A stretch of DNA of 64,000 nucleotides from Candidatus Daviesbacteria bacterium (lineage in GTDB: Bacteria; Patescibacteriota; Microgenomatia; Daviesbacterales; UBA10151), in contig JAUYKM010000016.1 in assembly GCA_030699125.1 (NCBI GenBank), positions 12,845 through 76,844 of the forward strand, written 5' to 3'. Below are positions 47,821-57,181 of this stretch, in pieces (position 1 is the first letter of the stretch; the number at the start of each line of letters is the position of its first letter). The notes beneath the pieces were generated by a model, which was given only the letters and a program-made list of their open reading frames with translations, had not been told where the DNA came from and did not search any database. The translations under genes and the position numbers were made by a program.

Positions 47821-49703
47821 TCTCCTAAAGTCCTCCCTGAATCTGTGGCTGGGGTATAAACATCCTTTATTAAATTATTTTTATCTTCAGAAAAATACCA
47901 CCTGAAAGCTTCTTTCACTATTGGAGCTGCCACAGAGGACCCTTCTCCTCCGCCCTCTATTAAAACTGTCATAGCAATTTTCGGATTGTCTGAAGGTCCA
48001 TAAGCTGTATACCAGGCATGAGTTTTATCATCAGGATCTCCATATTCTGCAGTTCCTGTTTTACCTGCTGTGGCAATTGGAAAAGTGAAAAAGGGCCAGG
48101 CAGTACCGCCTGAGGCTGGTACTTGCTCCAATCCTTCTTGAATAGTTTTAATGTGATTTTCTGAAATTAATTTGGACGTCAAAATTTGCGGGTCAAAATC
48201 TCTGGCTAAGAAGTCTCTACTTTCAATTTTATCAAGCAGTTGGGGTTTATAAAGCTCACCATTGGCAGCGATATATGATGTTATTCCCAAAATCTGCAGC
48301 GGGGTACTCAAGACAAAACCCTGTCCAATTGCCATATGCAGGGTATCTCCTGGATACCAGATAGTATCAAAAGTTTTTATTTTCCACTCCTCATCCGGCA
48401 CCAATCCTTCTACCTCTGTCGGCAAATCTATTCCCAATTTCTTTCCCAAATATAATTTTTTGGCCCAATCTATAATTGGCTCTTTACCAATCTTTATGCT
48501 GGCTTCATAAAAATAAATGTCGTTAGAGCGCCTTAGTGCCTTAACCAAATTAACTGCTCCCTCGGTCCTACCGTACTGATTAAAATACCAATTGGAAAAT
48601 TTAAAGGTTCCTAAATATAATACTCCGTTATCCAAAAATGTGGTCTCCGGTGTAATTTTGCCTGAATCCAGTGCTGCCAATGAAGAGACAATCTTAAAAG
48701 TAGATCCGGGCGGATAGGTACCGCCAGTGACTCTATTTAGAATGGGAAAATTTGGGTCACTCAGAACTCCGGCAATCTTATCTTCATATTCAGACTTTGT
48801 AAAAAAATTGGGATTGAAAGAGGGAAATGAAGCCAAAGCCAGAATCTGACCGCTATTGGGATCAGAAACTACAACCGCACCACAACAGCCCCCTGATTCT
48901 TTTAAATAATTATCCATCAGCTCATAAATTTTTTTTTGCAAATCGCTATCAATTGTGAGGTAAATATTTTGACCGGGGATGGGAGAATTTTTCCTCAAGG
49001 TTCTCACCTTTTTCCCTGTTGAATCAACTTCAATAATTTCGCCGCCATCTTTGCCTCTTAGGTATCTCTCGTACTGTGCTTCAATGCCCTCCTGCCCAAC
49101 TCTGTCTCCCAATCGATAATCTGAATAACTTTCACTTAATAGCTGCTGGGGAGAAATTTCTCCCACATAGCCTATGACATGGGCCATCATCTCACTCATC
49201 GGATATGTTCTGACATTATCTACCTCCAAATGCTGAGCTCTGGGATCATTTTTGACTTCCAACTCCAAAGCTTGCTCCCTGGAAATTAATCTTGATTTTT
49301 TTCCGTCGGCGGGCGGATCCTCATCAATCAATCTAAAGGCAGGTGAGGCGGCTGCCAGAATTTTGCCATTTCGATCAAAAATCACCCCCCTGGGAGCATG
49401 GGTAATTTTAATTTGAATTCTATTACCATCTGCCAATTCTTTATTTATTTTGCCAGAAACTATTTGCAGATGAAAAATTCTCACAAAAAGCATAAAGAAA
49501 ATAACAAGCAATACAGTCTGAACTGTGGTAATTTTCCAGGGATTGATTTCTGAACCTTCCTGAGAATGCTCGGAATCAAAATTGGGAATTAACTGCTCTT
49601 TCCAGTCATCTTCCTGATCGTTCTTATAAGATTTAGTTTTTAGATTAATCTTTTGGACTGAATCAGAAAAAACAAATCCCAAAGATCTTTTTTTTCTTTT
49701 CAT
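47817..49703 (-). CDS. mrdA: Penicillin-binding protein 2 (elongasome transpeptidase)
   Basis: 628 aa; N-terminal TM anchor, STFK (SxxK), SND-like and KTGTA motifs. Immediately follows mreC-mreD. Confidence 0.85.
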   Translation of the reverse strand: MKRKKRSLGFVFSDSVQKINLKTKSYKNDQEDDWKEQLIPNFDSEHSQEGSEINPWKITTVQTVLLVIFFMLFVRIFHLQIVSGKINKELADGNRIQIKITHAPRGVIFDRNGKILAAASPAFRLIDEDPPADGKKSRLISREQALELEVKNDPRAQHLEVDNVRTYPMSEMMAHVIGYVGEISPQQLLSESYSDYRLGDRVGQEGIEAQYERYLRGKDGGEIIEVDSTGKKVRTLRKNSPIPGQNIYLTIDSDLQKKIYELMDNYLKESGGCCGAVVVSDPNSGQILALASFPSFNPNFFTKSEYEDKIAGVLSDPNFPILNRVTGGTYPPGSTFKIVSSLAALDSGKITPETTFLDNGVLYLGTFKFSNWYFNQYGRTEGAVNLVKALRRSNDIYFYEASIKIGKEPIIDWAKKLYLGKKLGIDLPTEVEGLVPDEEWKIKTFDTIWYPGDTLHMAIGQGFVLSTPLQILGITSYIAANGELYKPQLLDKIESRDFLARDFDPQILTSKLISENHIKTIQEGLEQVPASGGTAWPFFTFPIATAGKTGTAEYGDPDDKTHAWYTAYGPSDNPKIAMTVLIEGGGEGSSVAAPIVKEAFRWYFSEDKNNLIKDVYTPATDSGRTLGE

Positions 49704-50152
49704 GGATTAATTTTAAGCTTAATTTCTTTTTTAACTATAAATCTTTCTTCCCATATTCTTAAAACAAAATAAACAGGTAAGGTAACGGCAGTTTCTATAA
49801 TAATTATCCATGATAGAGAAATTGCCTTATTAGTAATTAGGGAGATTAATATCTGCTCAAATAAAAGCATCGTCAAAGTTAAGGGAATGATTAATAAAAA
49901 ATGTTTGGCTAATCGGCTGTGAGATAGCAAATGAACCAATTCAATAATGACTAAATAAACAATACTCAAAAGCCCCAATGGCAAAAGGCTCAAGTGAGAA
50001 ATCAATAAACCAAAGATAAATCCTAAATAGAGATTATTTCTCTCCTCTTTTATAAAAGCCCTGGCAATCAGTATTATTAGAACTAGGTTAAACGGCACAA
50101 TTGTTGTTTGCAAAAACGATAAGAATAATAAAACACTTACTAAAATTTTCAT
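49700..50152 (-). CDS. mreD: Rod shape-determining protein MreD
   Basis: 150 aa polytopic membrane protein positioned between mreC and mrdA. Confidence 0.6.
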   Translation of the reverse strand: MKILVSVLLFLSFLQTTIVPFNLVLIILIARAFIKEERNNLYLGFIFGLLISHLSLLPLGLLSIVYLVIIELVHLLSHSRLAKHFLLIIPLTLTMLLFEQILISLITNKAISLSWIIIIETAVTLPVYFVLRIWEERFIVKKEIKLKINP

Positions 50153-50154
50153 CT

Positions 50155-50979
50155 TTATTGATTAATTACAAAAACCAACTCCAGATCTCCGATGTCAAAA
50201 ACATACTTCACCTTAGCTTGTTTAAAAACTTCATTTTCGTTTTCCAAAATTTGGGTCACCTGGCCCAAAATTAACCCTCTGGGAATAAAACTTTCTGTCC
50301 CTTCCGAATAAACCAGGTCACCTATTTTAACTGGTTCTTCATGTAAAATTTTATCCAAAATAAGCTCTGTACCAAATTGTCCCAATAAGACCCCTTTAGC
50401 TTTTCCTTCCAAGCTTTGGGTAAAGGCTGCTACTTTGGAATCCGGGTCGGATAGAAGCTCTATATTTGAGCTATTTTGATTAATCTGAATAATTTTACCA
50501 ATATAATTATCTTTAAAAATAACTGGTTGTCCTAAATTTAGTCCGGCATTTAATCCCTGATCTATTTTAAGATATCTACCTAATCCAATGGGTCTGGCAG
50601 GCAGAAGATTATAAGTTCTACGATCAATACTTTCCTGCTGAGTTAGAAGCGCTTTGGATTCTGCCAATTCTTTTCTAAGAGATGCATTTTCTGAAAGTAG
50701 TTGTCCAATTTGTTCTTTAAGGGCCAAATTTTGCTGTCCTGCTTCTCTGGCAGAGAAAATAAAATAAAATTGCCTGTCAATATTCTGATAACTCCTATAA
50801 ATCCCAAATGAAATGGGATTGGTTACAAAAGATACCATTCTTTGAGGGATAGCAAATAATCTGAAGGAGTCCAAAAGAAGAATTACCAGGGAAAACAATA
50901 CTAAAATCAGGAAAAGCTGTAAATGAGGAGTGGACTTTATCATCCGCACCAATATATCATAGGATTCAGTTATTGACAA
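50155..50979 (-). CDS. mreC: Rod shape-determining protein MreC
   Basis: 274 aa; N-terminal TM, coiled-coil (LKEQIGQLLSENASLRKELAESK), beta-rich C-terminal domain. Confidence 0.75.
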   Translation of the reverse strand: MSITESYDILVRMIKSTPHLQLFLILVLFSLVILLLDSFRLFAIPQRMVSFVTNPISFGIYRSYQNIDRQFYFIFSAREAGQQNLALKEQIGQLLSENASLRKELAESKALLTQQESIDRRTYNLLPARPIGLGRYLKIDQGLNAGLNLGQPVIFKDNYIGKIIQINQNSSNIELLSDPDSKVAAFTQSLEGKAKGVLLGQFGTELILDKILHEEPVKIGDLVYSEGTESFIPRGLILGQVTQILENENEVFKQAKVKYVFDIGDLELVFVINQ

Positions 50980-51012
50980 AGATTTGAATAGGGATTATAT
51001 TCTTAGGAAATT

Positions 51013-51993
51013 GTGCCCAAAAAGAAAATGCCGGAAAGACCACCATTTATAGAACAACTCAAGGCCAAATGGGATGAGGGAAAATTCGTCTGCGTGGGTC
51101 TTGATGCTGATTATGAAAAAATACCCCAACATATAGTTGCAAAGTCACGAGAGACTCTTTATAGCCGCGAGCAGATAGAAGTTTTTTCGCGGGTCACCTT
51201 TTTGAAAGAGATTGTGAATGCCACAGGAGATTTAGTCAGCGCATTTAAACCAAACAGTGCTTTTTTTGAAGATAGTCCTGAAGGGGAGGAGGCTTTAGCT
51301 GAAATTATCGAACATATCCATTTGCGTTTTCCAGGAGTACCAGTAATTGGTGATGTTAAAAGAGCAGATATTGGCGATAGTAATAGAGGTTATGCCAAAA
51401 TGGCTTTTGAAAGATATGAATTTGATGCCGTCACCACCAACCCATATTTCGGCCATGATACATATGAACCATTTTTAAAATATCCTGGTAGAGGTTTACT
51501 TATACTTTGTAAAACCACCAATAGAGATGCCGGCATGTATCAAGATGCACCAGTTAATCTCCCAGATTATCAAGAAACAGAAAAACTCAATGGTATCCCT
51601 CTTTCAGATGAGGAATATGAGTTGGCCCGCCAGGTTGCTAAAAGAGATATCGTACTCCCTCTATACTATTTGGTGGCCTTAAGGACTGCCACGCTGGCAA
51701 AGGAAAACCCCAATATTGGACTGGTGGTCGGGGCAACTCATCCGGAGGCTTTTGCACCGGTGAGAAAATTAGCACCTGATTTACCCTTCTTAATTCCGGG
51801 TATTGGGAAACAAGGGGGAGATCTGGAAAAGACCTTAAAATATGCTCCGGACAGCAAAGGTCAAGGGGTGATTATCAACTCAGGTAGCGCTATTATCTAC
51901 GCCTCATCTGGTGAAGATTTTGCGGAAGCAGCCAGAGCAGCTACTTTAAAACTCCATAATCAGATTACAGAGCTTCGTGCTAAAAATGGATAA
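51013..51993 (+). CDS. pyrF: Orotidine-5'-phosphate decarboxylase, type 2 (long form)
   Basis: 326 aa; VGLDADYEKIP, GDVKRADIGDSN (DxKRxDIG motif). Confidence 0.8.
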   Translation: MPKKKMPERPPFIEQLKAKWDEGKFVCVGLDADYEKIPQHIVAKSRETLYSREQIEVFSRVTFLKEIVNATGDLVSAFKPNSAFFEDSPEGEEALAEIIEHIHLRFPGVPVIGDVKRADIGDSNRGYAKMAFERYEFDAVTTNPYFGHDTYEPFLKYPGRGLLILCKTTNRDAGMYQDAPVNLPDYQETEKLNGIPLSDEEYELARQVAKRDIVLPLYYLVALRTATLAKENPNIGLVVGATHPEAFAPVRKLAPDLPFLIPGIGKQGGDLEKTLKYAPDSKGQGVIINSGSAIIYASSGEDFAEAARAATLKLHNQITELRAKNG

Positions 51994-52630
51994 AACATCT
52001 CAGAAAGTAGCTAAAATTTTACTTTCTATAAAAGCAGTTTCTTTAAGCCCCAAAAAACCATTTAAATATTCATCCGGTATTTTGTCCCCTGTTTATACAG
52101 ATTGTAGAATTTTGATGGCATATCCTAAAGAAAGAAAAATTATCAGGGATTTATATATCAAAGAAATTGCAAAATTGGGCAGTATAGACCTTATTGCCGC
52201 CACCGCCACAGCCGGTATTCCCCATGCTGCTTGGATTGCGGATAAACTCAACCTGCCCATGGTTTATGTCAGAGGCTCTGCCAAAGATCACGGGAAGGGA
52301 AATCAAATAGAGGGAATTGTCAAAAAAGGACAGAAAGCAGTTGTGGTAGAAGATCTCATTTCCACTGGAGAAAGCGCAGCAACCACGGCTAACGCCACCA
52401 GGGGTGCCGGCGCAAAAATTTCCCACATTATTGCCATTATTACTTATGGCATGAAAAAATCACAAAATAATTTTACAGCCAATAAACTCAAATTAATTAC
52501 TTTGACCACTTTTCAGGATGTAGTGGAAGTGGCCCAGAAAATGGGTTATATAAATAAGGAAGAAATGCCCATTATTTTAGAATGGACCAAAGACCCGCCT
52601 ACCTGGGGTAAAAATCAGGGATTTGAATGA
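51977..52630 (+). CDS. pyrE: Orotate phosphoribosyltransferase
   Basis: 217 aa; PRTase motif VVVEDLISTGESA. Confidence 0.85.
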   Translation: MLKMDKTSQKVAKILLSIKAVSLSPKKPFKYSSGILSPVYTDCRILMAYPKERKIIRDLYIKEIAKLGSIDLIAATATAGIPHAAWIADKLNLPMVYVRGSAKDHGKGNQIEGIVKKGQKAVVVEDLISTGESAATTANATRGAGAKISHIIAIITYGMKKSQNNFTANKLKLITLTTFQDVVEVAQKMGYINKEEMPIILEWTKDPPTWGKNQGFE

Positions 52631-53739
52631 TTACACTTCCAGGTTTAATTGATACCCATGTCCATTTAAGAGAACCTGGGGCAACTCAAAAGGAGGATTT
52701 TGAAACAGGGACTAAGGCTGCTATTGCCGGAGGATATACTTGCATTTTGGATATGCCTAACAACCCTGAGCCTACTATAACACCTGAAGCACTCGATAAA
52801 AAAATCTCGTTGGCAGAGGAAAGAATTTATTGTGACGTTGGATTTCATTTTGGGGCTACTTTAGATTCCACTCAACATTTTAAACAGGCTAAGGATAAGC
52901 AAAGCTTGTCGCTTCGCGATAAAATTTTTGGATTAAAAGTTTATATGAACCATACCACTGGTACCTTACTCCAAGAAGATCCGCAAATTTTGCAGACTAT
53001 CTTTGAGTCTTGGCCCAAAGATAAAGTATTAATGGTTCACGCAGAAGGACCAACTTTAGAAAAGGCTATCCAACTTGCTAAGAATAACGGTAATAGGCTT
53101 CATGTTTGTCATGTCAGCTTGGCCCAAGAAGTAACCATGATTAAAAAGGCAAAATCAGATGGTTTACCTATTACCTGTGAGGTTACCTGTCATCATCTTT
53201 TTTTAACAGATGAGGATGCAAAAAAATTGGGCCCATTCGGAATGATGAGACCACCATTACCTAACAAAGAAGATCAGCAAGCTTTGTGGAATGGAATTTC
53301 AGATGGCACAGTGGATACAATTGCCTCTGATCATGCTCCCCATACCAAAGAAGAAAAAAATCCGCCAGCAGGCGGATCAATCCCAAATGGTATTCCTGGT
53401 TTGGAAACTACTCTTCCATTATTATTAACAGCTGTTAATGAAGGGAAAATAACTGTCGAAAAAGTAATTGAATTAACCAACACCAACGTAAGAAAAATTT
53501 TTAATGTCCCTCAGCAATTTGATACTGTAGTGGAAGTTGACCCAACTAAACACTATACACTAGACGCTAGACGCTTATATACTAAATGCGGCTGGACCCC
53601 ATTTGAAGAAATGAAAGTTACAGGAAAAATTAAAAGGGTTGTCTTAAGGGGACAAGTAGTTTTTGAAAATACGGAAATTGTTAATCCCCCTAAGGGTAAT
53701 GTCATCTATCCTGAAAAAATTAAACAGCAGCCGGACTAA
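52627..53739 (+). CDS. pyrC: Dihydroorotase
   Basis: 370 aa; LIDTHVHLREPG, DHAPH metal ligands. Confidence 0.85.
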   Translation: MITLPGLIDTHVHLREPGATQKEDFETGTKAAIAGGYTCILDMPNNPEPTITPEALDKKISLAEERIYCDVGFHFGATLDSTQHFKQAKDKQSLSLRDKIFGLKVYMNHTTGTLLQEDPQILQTIFESWPKDKVLMVHAEGPTLEKAIQLAKNNGNRLHVCHVSLAQEVTMIKKAKSDGLPITCEVTCHHLFLTDEDAKKLGPFGMMRPPLPNKEDQQALWNGISDGTVDTIASDHAPHTKEEKNPPAGGSIPNGIPGLETTLPLLLTAVNEGKITVEKVIELTNTNVRKIFNVPQQFDTVVEVDPTKHYTLDARRLYTKCGWTPFEEMKVTGKIKRVVLRGQVVFENTEIVNPPKGNVIYPEKIKQQPD

Positions 53740-54859
53740 ATTGAGATATGATTTCTTCTTTGGTTTTTTCCTTTTGTCTAATCTGTTGCGCAAGTTTAGG
53801 ATTCCACATTGCTCCTGTTGCTGATTGGACCACATCAGCACCTGCTGCCCTATACTCCAGATAATCTTCCACATCCATTACTCCGCCTACTCCAATTATG
53901 GCAAAATCAGCATTAAGTTTTTTCTTAATTTGTTTTAACCTTTTAACCATATCCAGTCCTGCCCATTTTATAGATGCTCCACAAATTCCTGCAGTTAGCC
54001 TGCCTTCTCCCGGCAAAGCCTGATTACCATCCGCATCTAAAACTTTAGCAGGAATGGTGTTTATGGCAGAAATACCGGAAATGTAGGGCAAAATACTTTT
54101 GATAATGCCCTCCAGAAGTTCTTGTTGTTCTTTTGAAAAGTAACCAATCTTGATTAAAAGCGGTATCTCACCTATCTTCTCTTTTGTTTTTTTACAAATA
54201 TTTAAAACTGCACCCGGGGAATAACAGACAATTCCCTCATTTGCCACATTTGGACAAGACAAATTTAACTCAATTACCTTTGCTCCAGCTTCCATAGCAA
54301 ATTGTGCTGTTTTAGCAAAATCTTTATGATAATCATCATCTCTAAATCCTGCCTGGATAGTTCCTACCACAGAGGCAATCAGAAGTTGACCATTGCCTGC
54401 TGACTCGATGGCCTTTTTCATATCTTCCATCCAAACTTGCGCTTGGGGTGAGGGATTACCAAACGAGTTAGTGATACTAAAATCCTTAGCATCCTTTTCA
54501 GTATTTTTACTGGCTATTAAAGGTTTTTTTGCTCTTTGCAAAGTTAGATCTCCCTCCACATCAACAAATAAAACATTGGGGTGTTTATTGGAAGGAAACT
54601 CTATTGATCTTCTGGTTTTATAGTGGATTACATCAAAACCTTTTTCAAAGGCAGCTTTACAAAATTTGGAGTTAAGTAGCGGTCCGGATGGGATGCCAAA
54701 AGGAGTATTAATTTTAAATCCCAAAAAATTATATTTAGGCCTGTCCTGAGCGTAGTCGAAGGACTCTCTTAAATCCACTCCATCTGCCAAATCACCAAAA
54801 GGACCTTGTTCATAATTTTCATCATAACTTTTTTCAGGATCATAAAAAGGCTTATTCAT
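53720..54859 (-). CDS. pyrD: Dihydroorotate dehydrogenase (class 1-like) with N-terminal extension
   Basis: 379 aa; ELNLSCPN, GVGGV. N-terminal ~50 aa carry an in-frame half-element GTCCTGAGCGTAGTCGAAGGACTCTC (54743-54768) encoding RESFDYAQDRP. Confidence 0.8.
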   Translation of the reverse strand: MNKPFYDPEKSYDENYEQGPFGDLADGVDLRESFDYAQDRPKYNFLGFKINTPFGIPSGPLLNSKFCKAAFEKGFDVIHYKTRRSIEFPSNKHPNVLFVDVEGDLTLQRAKKPLIASKNTEKDAKDFSITNSFGNPSPQAQVWMEDMKKAIESAGNGQLLIASVVGTIQAGFRDDDYHKDFAKTAQFAMEAGAKVIELNLSCPNVANEGIVCYSPGAVLNICKKTKEKIGEIPLLIKIGYFSKEQQELLEGIIKSILPYISGISAINTIPAKVLDADGNQALPGEGRLTAGICGASIKWAGLDMVKRLKQIKKKLNADFAIIGVGGVMDVEDYLEYRAAGADVVQSATGAMWNPKLAQQIRQKEKTKEEIISQFSPAAV

Positions 54860-54877
54860 GACAGATATTTTAACATA

Positions 54878-55948
54878 TTATCGTAACCCTCCTGTCACTT
54901 TTACTTTTCCTAATAAATCCAAATTTTCCAATACCTCCCCACAGCCTCTGACCACTGTGGTGAGCGGATCATCTGAGATATAAACCGGAATTTTAGTTTC
55001 TTCCGCAATCTTTCTATCCAGGCCCCGAATCAAACTACCACCCCCTGCCAAATAAATACCTCTTTCTACAATATCTGTTAAAAGCTCCGGTGGAGTTTCT
55101 TCTAATACTTCATGAATAACATTAATTATTTCTGAAATCGTAGGTGATATAGCTTCTCTAATTTCCGCTGTAGTCACTTTTAGAGACTTAGGTAATCCGG
55201 TTGATAAATCCCTTCCTCTAACTACTGTGGCTAGATTATCCTCCTTACCTTCACCTAAGGGAAAGGCTGATCCGATTTCAATTTTGACATCCTCGGCAGT
55301 TTTTTCTCCAATAAGCATGCCATATCTCATCCTCATATAAGAGATAACTGCCTCATCTAACTCATCCCCTGCCACCCTTAAAGATTTATTAATCACCATA
55401 CCCCCCAGTGATATAACTGCAATCTCAGTTGTCCCTCCGCCTATATCAACTACCATTACTCCTTCCGGATCCTCAATGGGCAGTTTTGCTCCAATCGCGG
55501 CAGCCATTGGCTCTTCAATAAGATAAGCTTCCCTTGCTCCTGCTGAAATGCAGGCATCCTGGACAGCCCGTCTTTCCACCTCAGTCACTCCGGAGGGAAT
55601 CCCTATCACAATTCTGGGTCGGGGGATTTTTGGTAAGGAAAAGGTTCCCTGGGAAGGAGTCTCGTGAACTTTATGGATAAAGTAGCGAAGCATGGCCTCG
55701 GTGGTTTCAAAATCAGAGATGACCCCATCTCTTAGGGGTCTGACAGCCTCAATAGCCGCAGGGGTTCTTCCTATCATCCTTTTGGCCTCAGTTCCAATTG
55801 CCAGAATTTGTCTGGTTTTTTTATGAAGAGCTACAACAGTGGGTTCCCTAATTAAAATCCCTTTACCTTTGACTAGGACCAGAGTGTTAACAGTACCTAA
55901 ATCTATACCAATATCATGAGAGAATATTTGCCAGAGCTTTCCAAACAT
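54878..55948 (-). CDS. mreB: Rod shape-determining protein MreB
   Basis: 356 aa; actin-fold IGIDLGTVNT, VVDIGGGTTE. Confidence 0.92.
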   Translation of the reverse strand: MFGKLWQIFSHDIGIDLGTVNTLVLVKGKGILIREPTVVALHKKTRQILAIGTEAKRMIGRTPAAIEAVRPLRDGVISDFETTEAMLRYFIHKVHETPSQGTFSLPKIPRPRIVIGIPSGVTEVERRAVQDACISAGAREAYLIEEPMAAAIGAKLPIEDPEGVMVVDIGGGTTEIAVISLGGMVINKSLRVAGDELDEAVISYMRMRYGMLIGEKTAEDVKIEIGSAFPLGEGKEDNLATVVRGRDLSTGLPKSLKVTTAEIREAISPTISEIINVIHEVLEETPPELLTDIVERGIYLAGGGSLIRGLDRKIAEETKIPVYISDDPLTTVVRGCGEVLENLDLLGKVKVTGGLR

Positions 55949-56003
55949 GATGGGAGTTTAACATACTCTTGATTTAAAATTAAGATAAGAGTATAAACAA
56001 AAT

Positions 56004-56462
56004 ATGACAAACGGATTAGAAACAGCAAGAAATTATTTAGGTTCAGTTGTAGAAAGAACTGTAGGGTGGGCTGGCTATCAAAGAGAGCATCATTTAGAAT
56101 CTATTTCTCATCCCATTACCAATCAATCATCCCCAGTAGAGATAAAGCACAATCAAAGTCAAGCTGTGCTTACAGGTTTAACTGTAGGTTTCTTGACTCA
56201 GATTTCAGCACCTATAACTTATGAAGGCTTTAAACGATTTGCTAATATGGACACTCTACCTCTTGTGCTTATGGGTACAGGTGCAGTTGATACTTTGTCA
56301 ACAATTCCTGCTGTTATTTTTTTGAGCTATGGTCATCCAGCTGAAGCTATTCTTGTAAAACTTGCTGCCAACGCTGCAATTCATGTGGGTTTGGATCTTA
56401 TAAGAGCTGCCGCCCGTAGAATAAAAACCTTCAGACCCCCTGCAGATATTTTAGCTGTATAA
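56004..56462 (+). CDS. Hypothetical protein (152 aa)
   Basis: Intact ORF, A/G/L-rich C-terminal half, no family recognised. Confidence 0.35.
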   Translation: MTNGLETARNYLGSVVERTVGWAGYQREHHLESISHPITNQSSPVEIKHNQSQAVLTGLTVGFLTQISAPITYEGFKRFANMDTLPLVLMGTGAVDTLSTIPAVIFLSYGHPAEAILVKLAANAAIHVGLDLIRAAARRIKTFRPPADILAV

Positions 56463-56565
56463 ATTGCCGTCTAAATTTTTGCAATCCTTTTGCAATCCCC
56501 ATGTATATAAACTCCATACCTCTATACAATTTGCCTACGGCCGTTATATTTTTGTATACTAACTT

Positions 56566-57060
56566 CTATCTTCCTAAATTTTCTGATTCCAAAACTATCA
56601 CCCAATCCTCTATCCCTACGCTTTTAATAAAATTCCTTAAAGATTCTACGCAATCTTTTTTGGTGGCCCAAACGCTTTGCTGCCAAGGGACAAAACCCCA
56701 ATTTTTAAGACTTGCCCTTAGTAAATTCCTAAGCACTCTTCTTTTTTCCGGAACATCAAAAACAACCACCCTCCATTTTCCATCCCATTTTTTGTTATCT
56801 AACTTGATACTCTCCCAAACCGCTTTCTGTCTTCCTTTGTCAGTTAATCTGTATGCTAATCTTTTATCATCTACAAAATCAATTAAACCTCTTTCCCTAA
56901 GTCTTTTTAAGGTTTGAGATAAAGATGATTTTTTAAGATCCGGATAACCATAATGGTAACGATAATGATGATAAGCAAAATCTTCAAATCTAACATATCC
57001 ATCTACACTTTTTTCTAAGGCTAAAAGGATAAAATTCCCTATACTCTTTTTTGTCCTCAT
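56566..57060 (-). CDS. Putative transcriptional regulator: N-terminal wHTH plus Cas2-like/PaaX-C-like domain
   Basis: 164 aa; N-terminal helical DNA-binding-like region. C-terminal WRVVVFDVPEKRRVLRNLLRASLKNWGFVPWQQSVWA resembles the Cas2 / PaaX C-terminal fold signature. Confidence 0.55.
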   Translation of the reverse strand: MRTKKSIGNFILLALEKSVDGYVRFEDFAYHHYRYHYGYPDLKKSSLSQTLKRLRERGLIDFVDDKRLAYRLTDKGRQKAVWESIKLDNKKWDGKWRVVVFDVPEKRRVLRNLLRASLKNWGFVPWQQSVWATKKDCVESLRNFIKSVGIEDWVIVLESENLGR

Positions 57061-57063
57061 ATA

Positions 57064-57095
57064 GACATTTTTACTACGGCCGTAGTAAAAATGTC
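57064..57095. promoter_or_regulatory. Perfect 32-bp palindrome GACATTTTTACTACGG|CCGTAGTAAAAATGTC abutting the regulator start codon
   Basis: Read directly. 3 nt from the ATG (57058-57060) of the regulator gene. Core CTACGGCCGT recurs at 56535-56544 just downstream of the same gene. Confidence 0.6.
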
Positions 57096-57144
57096 AATTG
57101 GCCTAATCAGGCTTTTCTGTGTAAACTTAACCCTAACCACGACA

Positions 57145-57173
57145 CTTGTAAATCAGCTTAACTGTTAATATAA
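57145..57173 (+). promoter_or_regulatory. Sigma70-like promoter (TTGTAA-17-TATAAT) for the 57182 gene, implying a near-leaderless mRNA
   Basis: -35 TTGTAA at 57145-57150, 17-nt spacer, -10 TATAAT at 57168-57173. The ATG at 57182 is only ~8 nt past the -10. Confidence 0.5.
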
Positions 57174-57181
57174 TCCACCCT

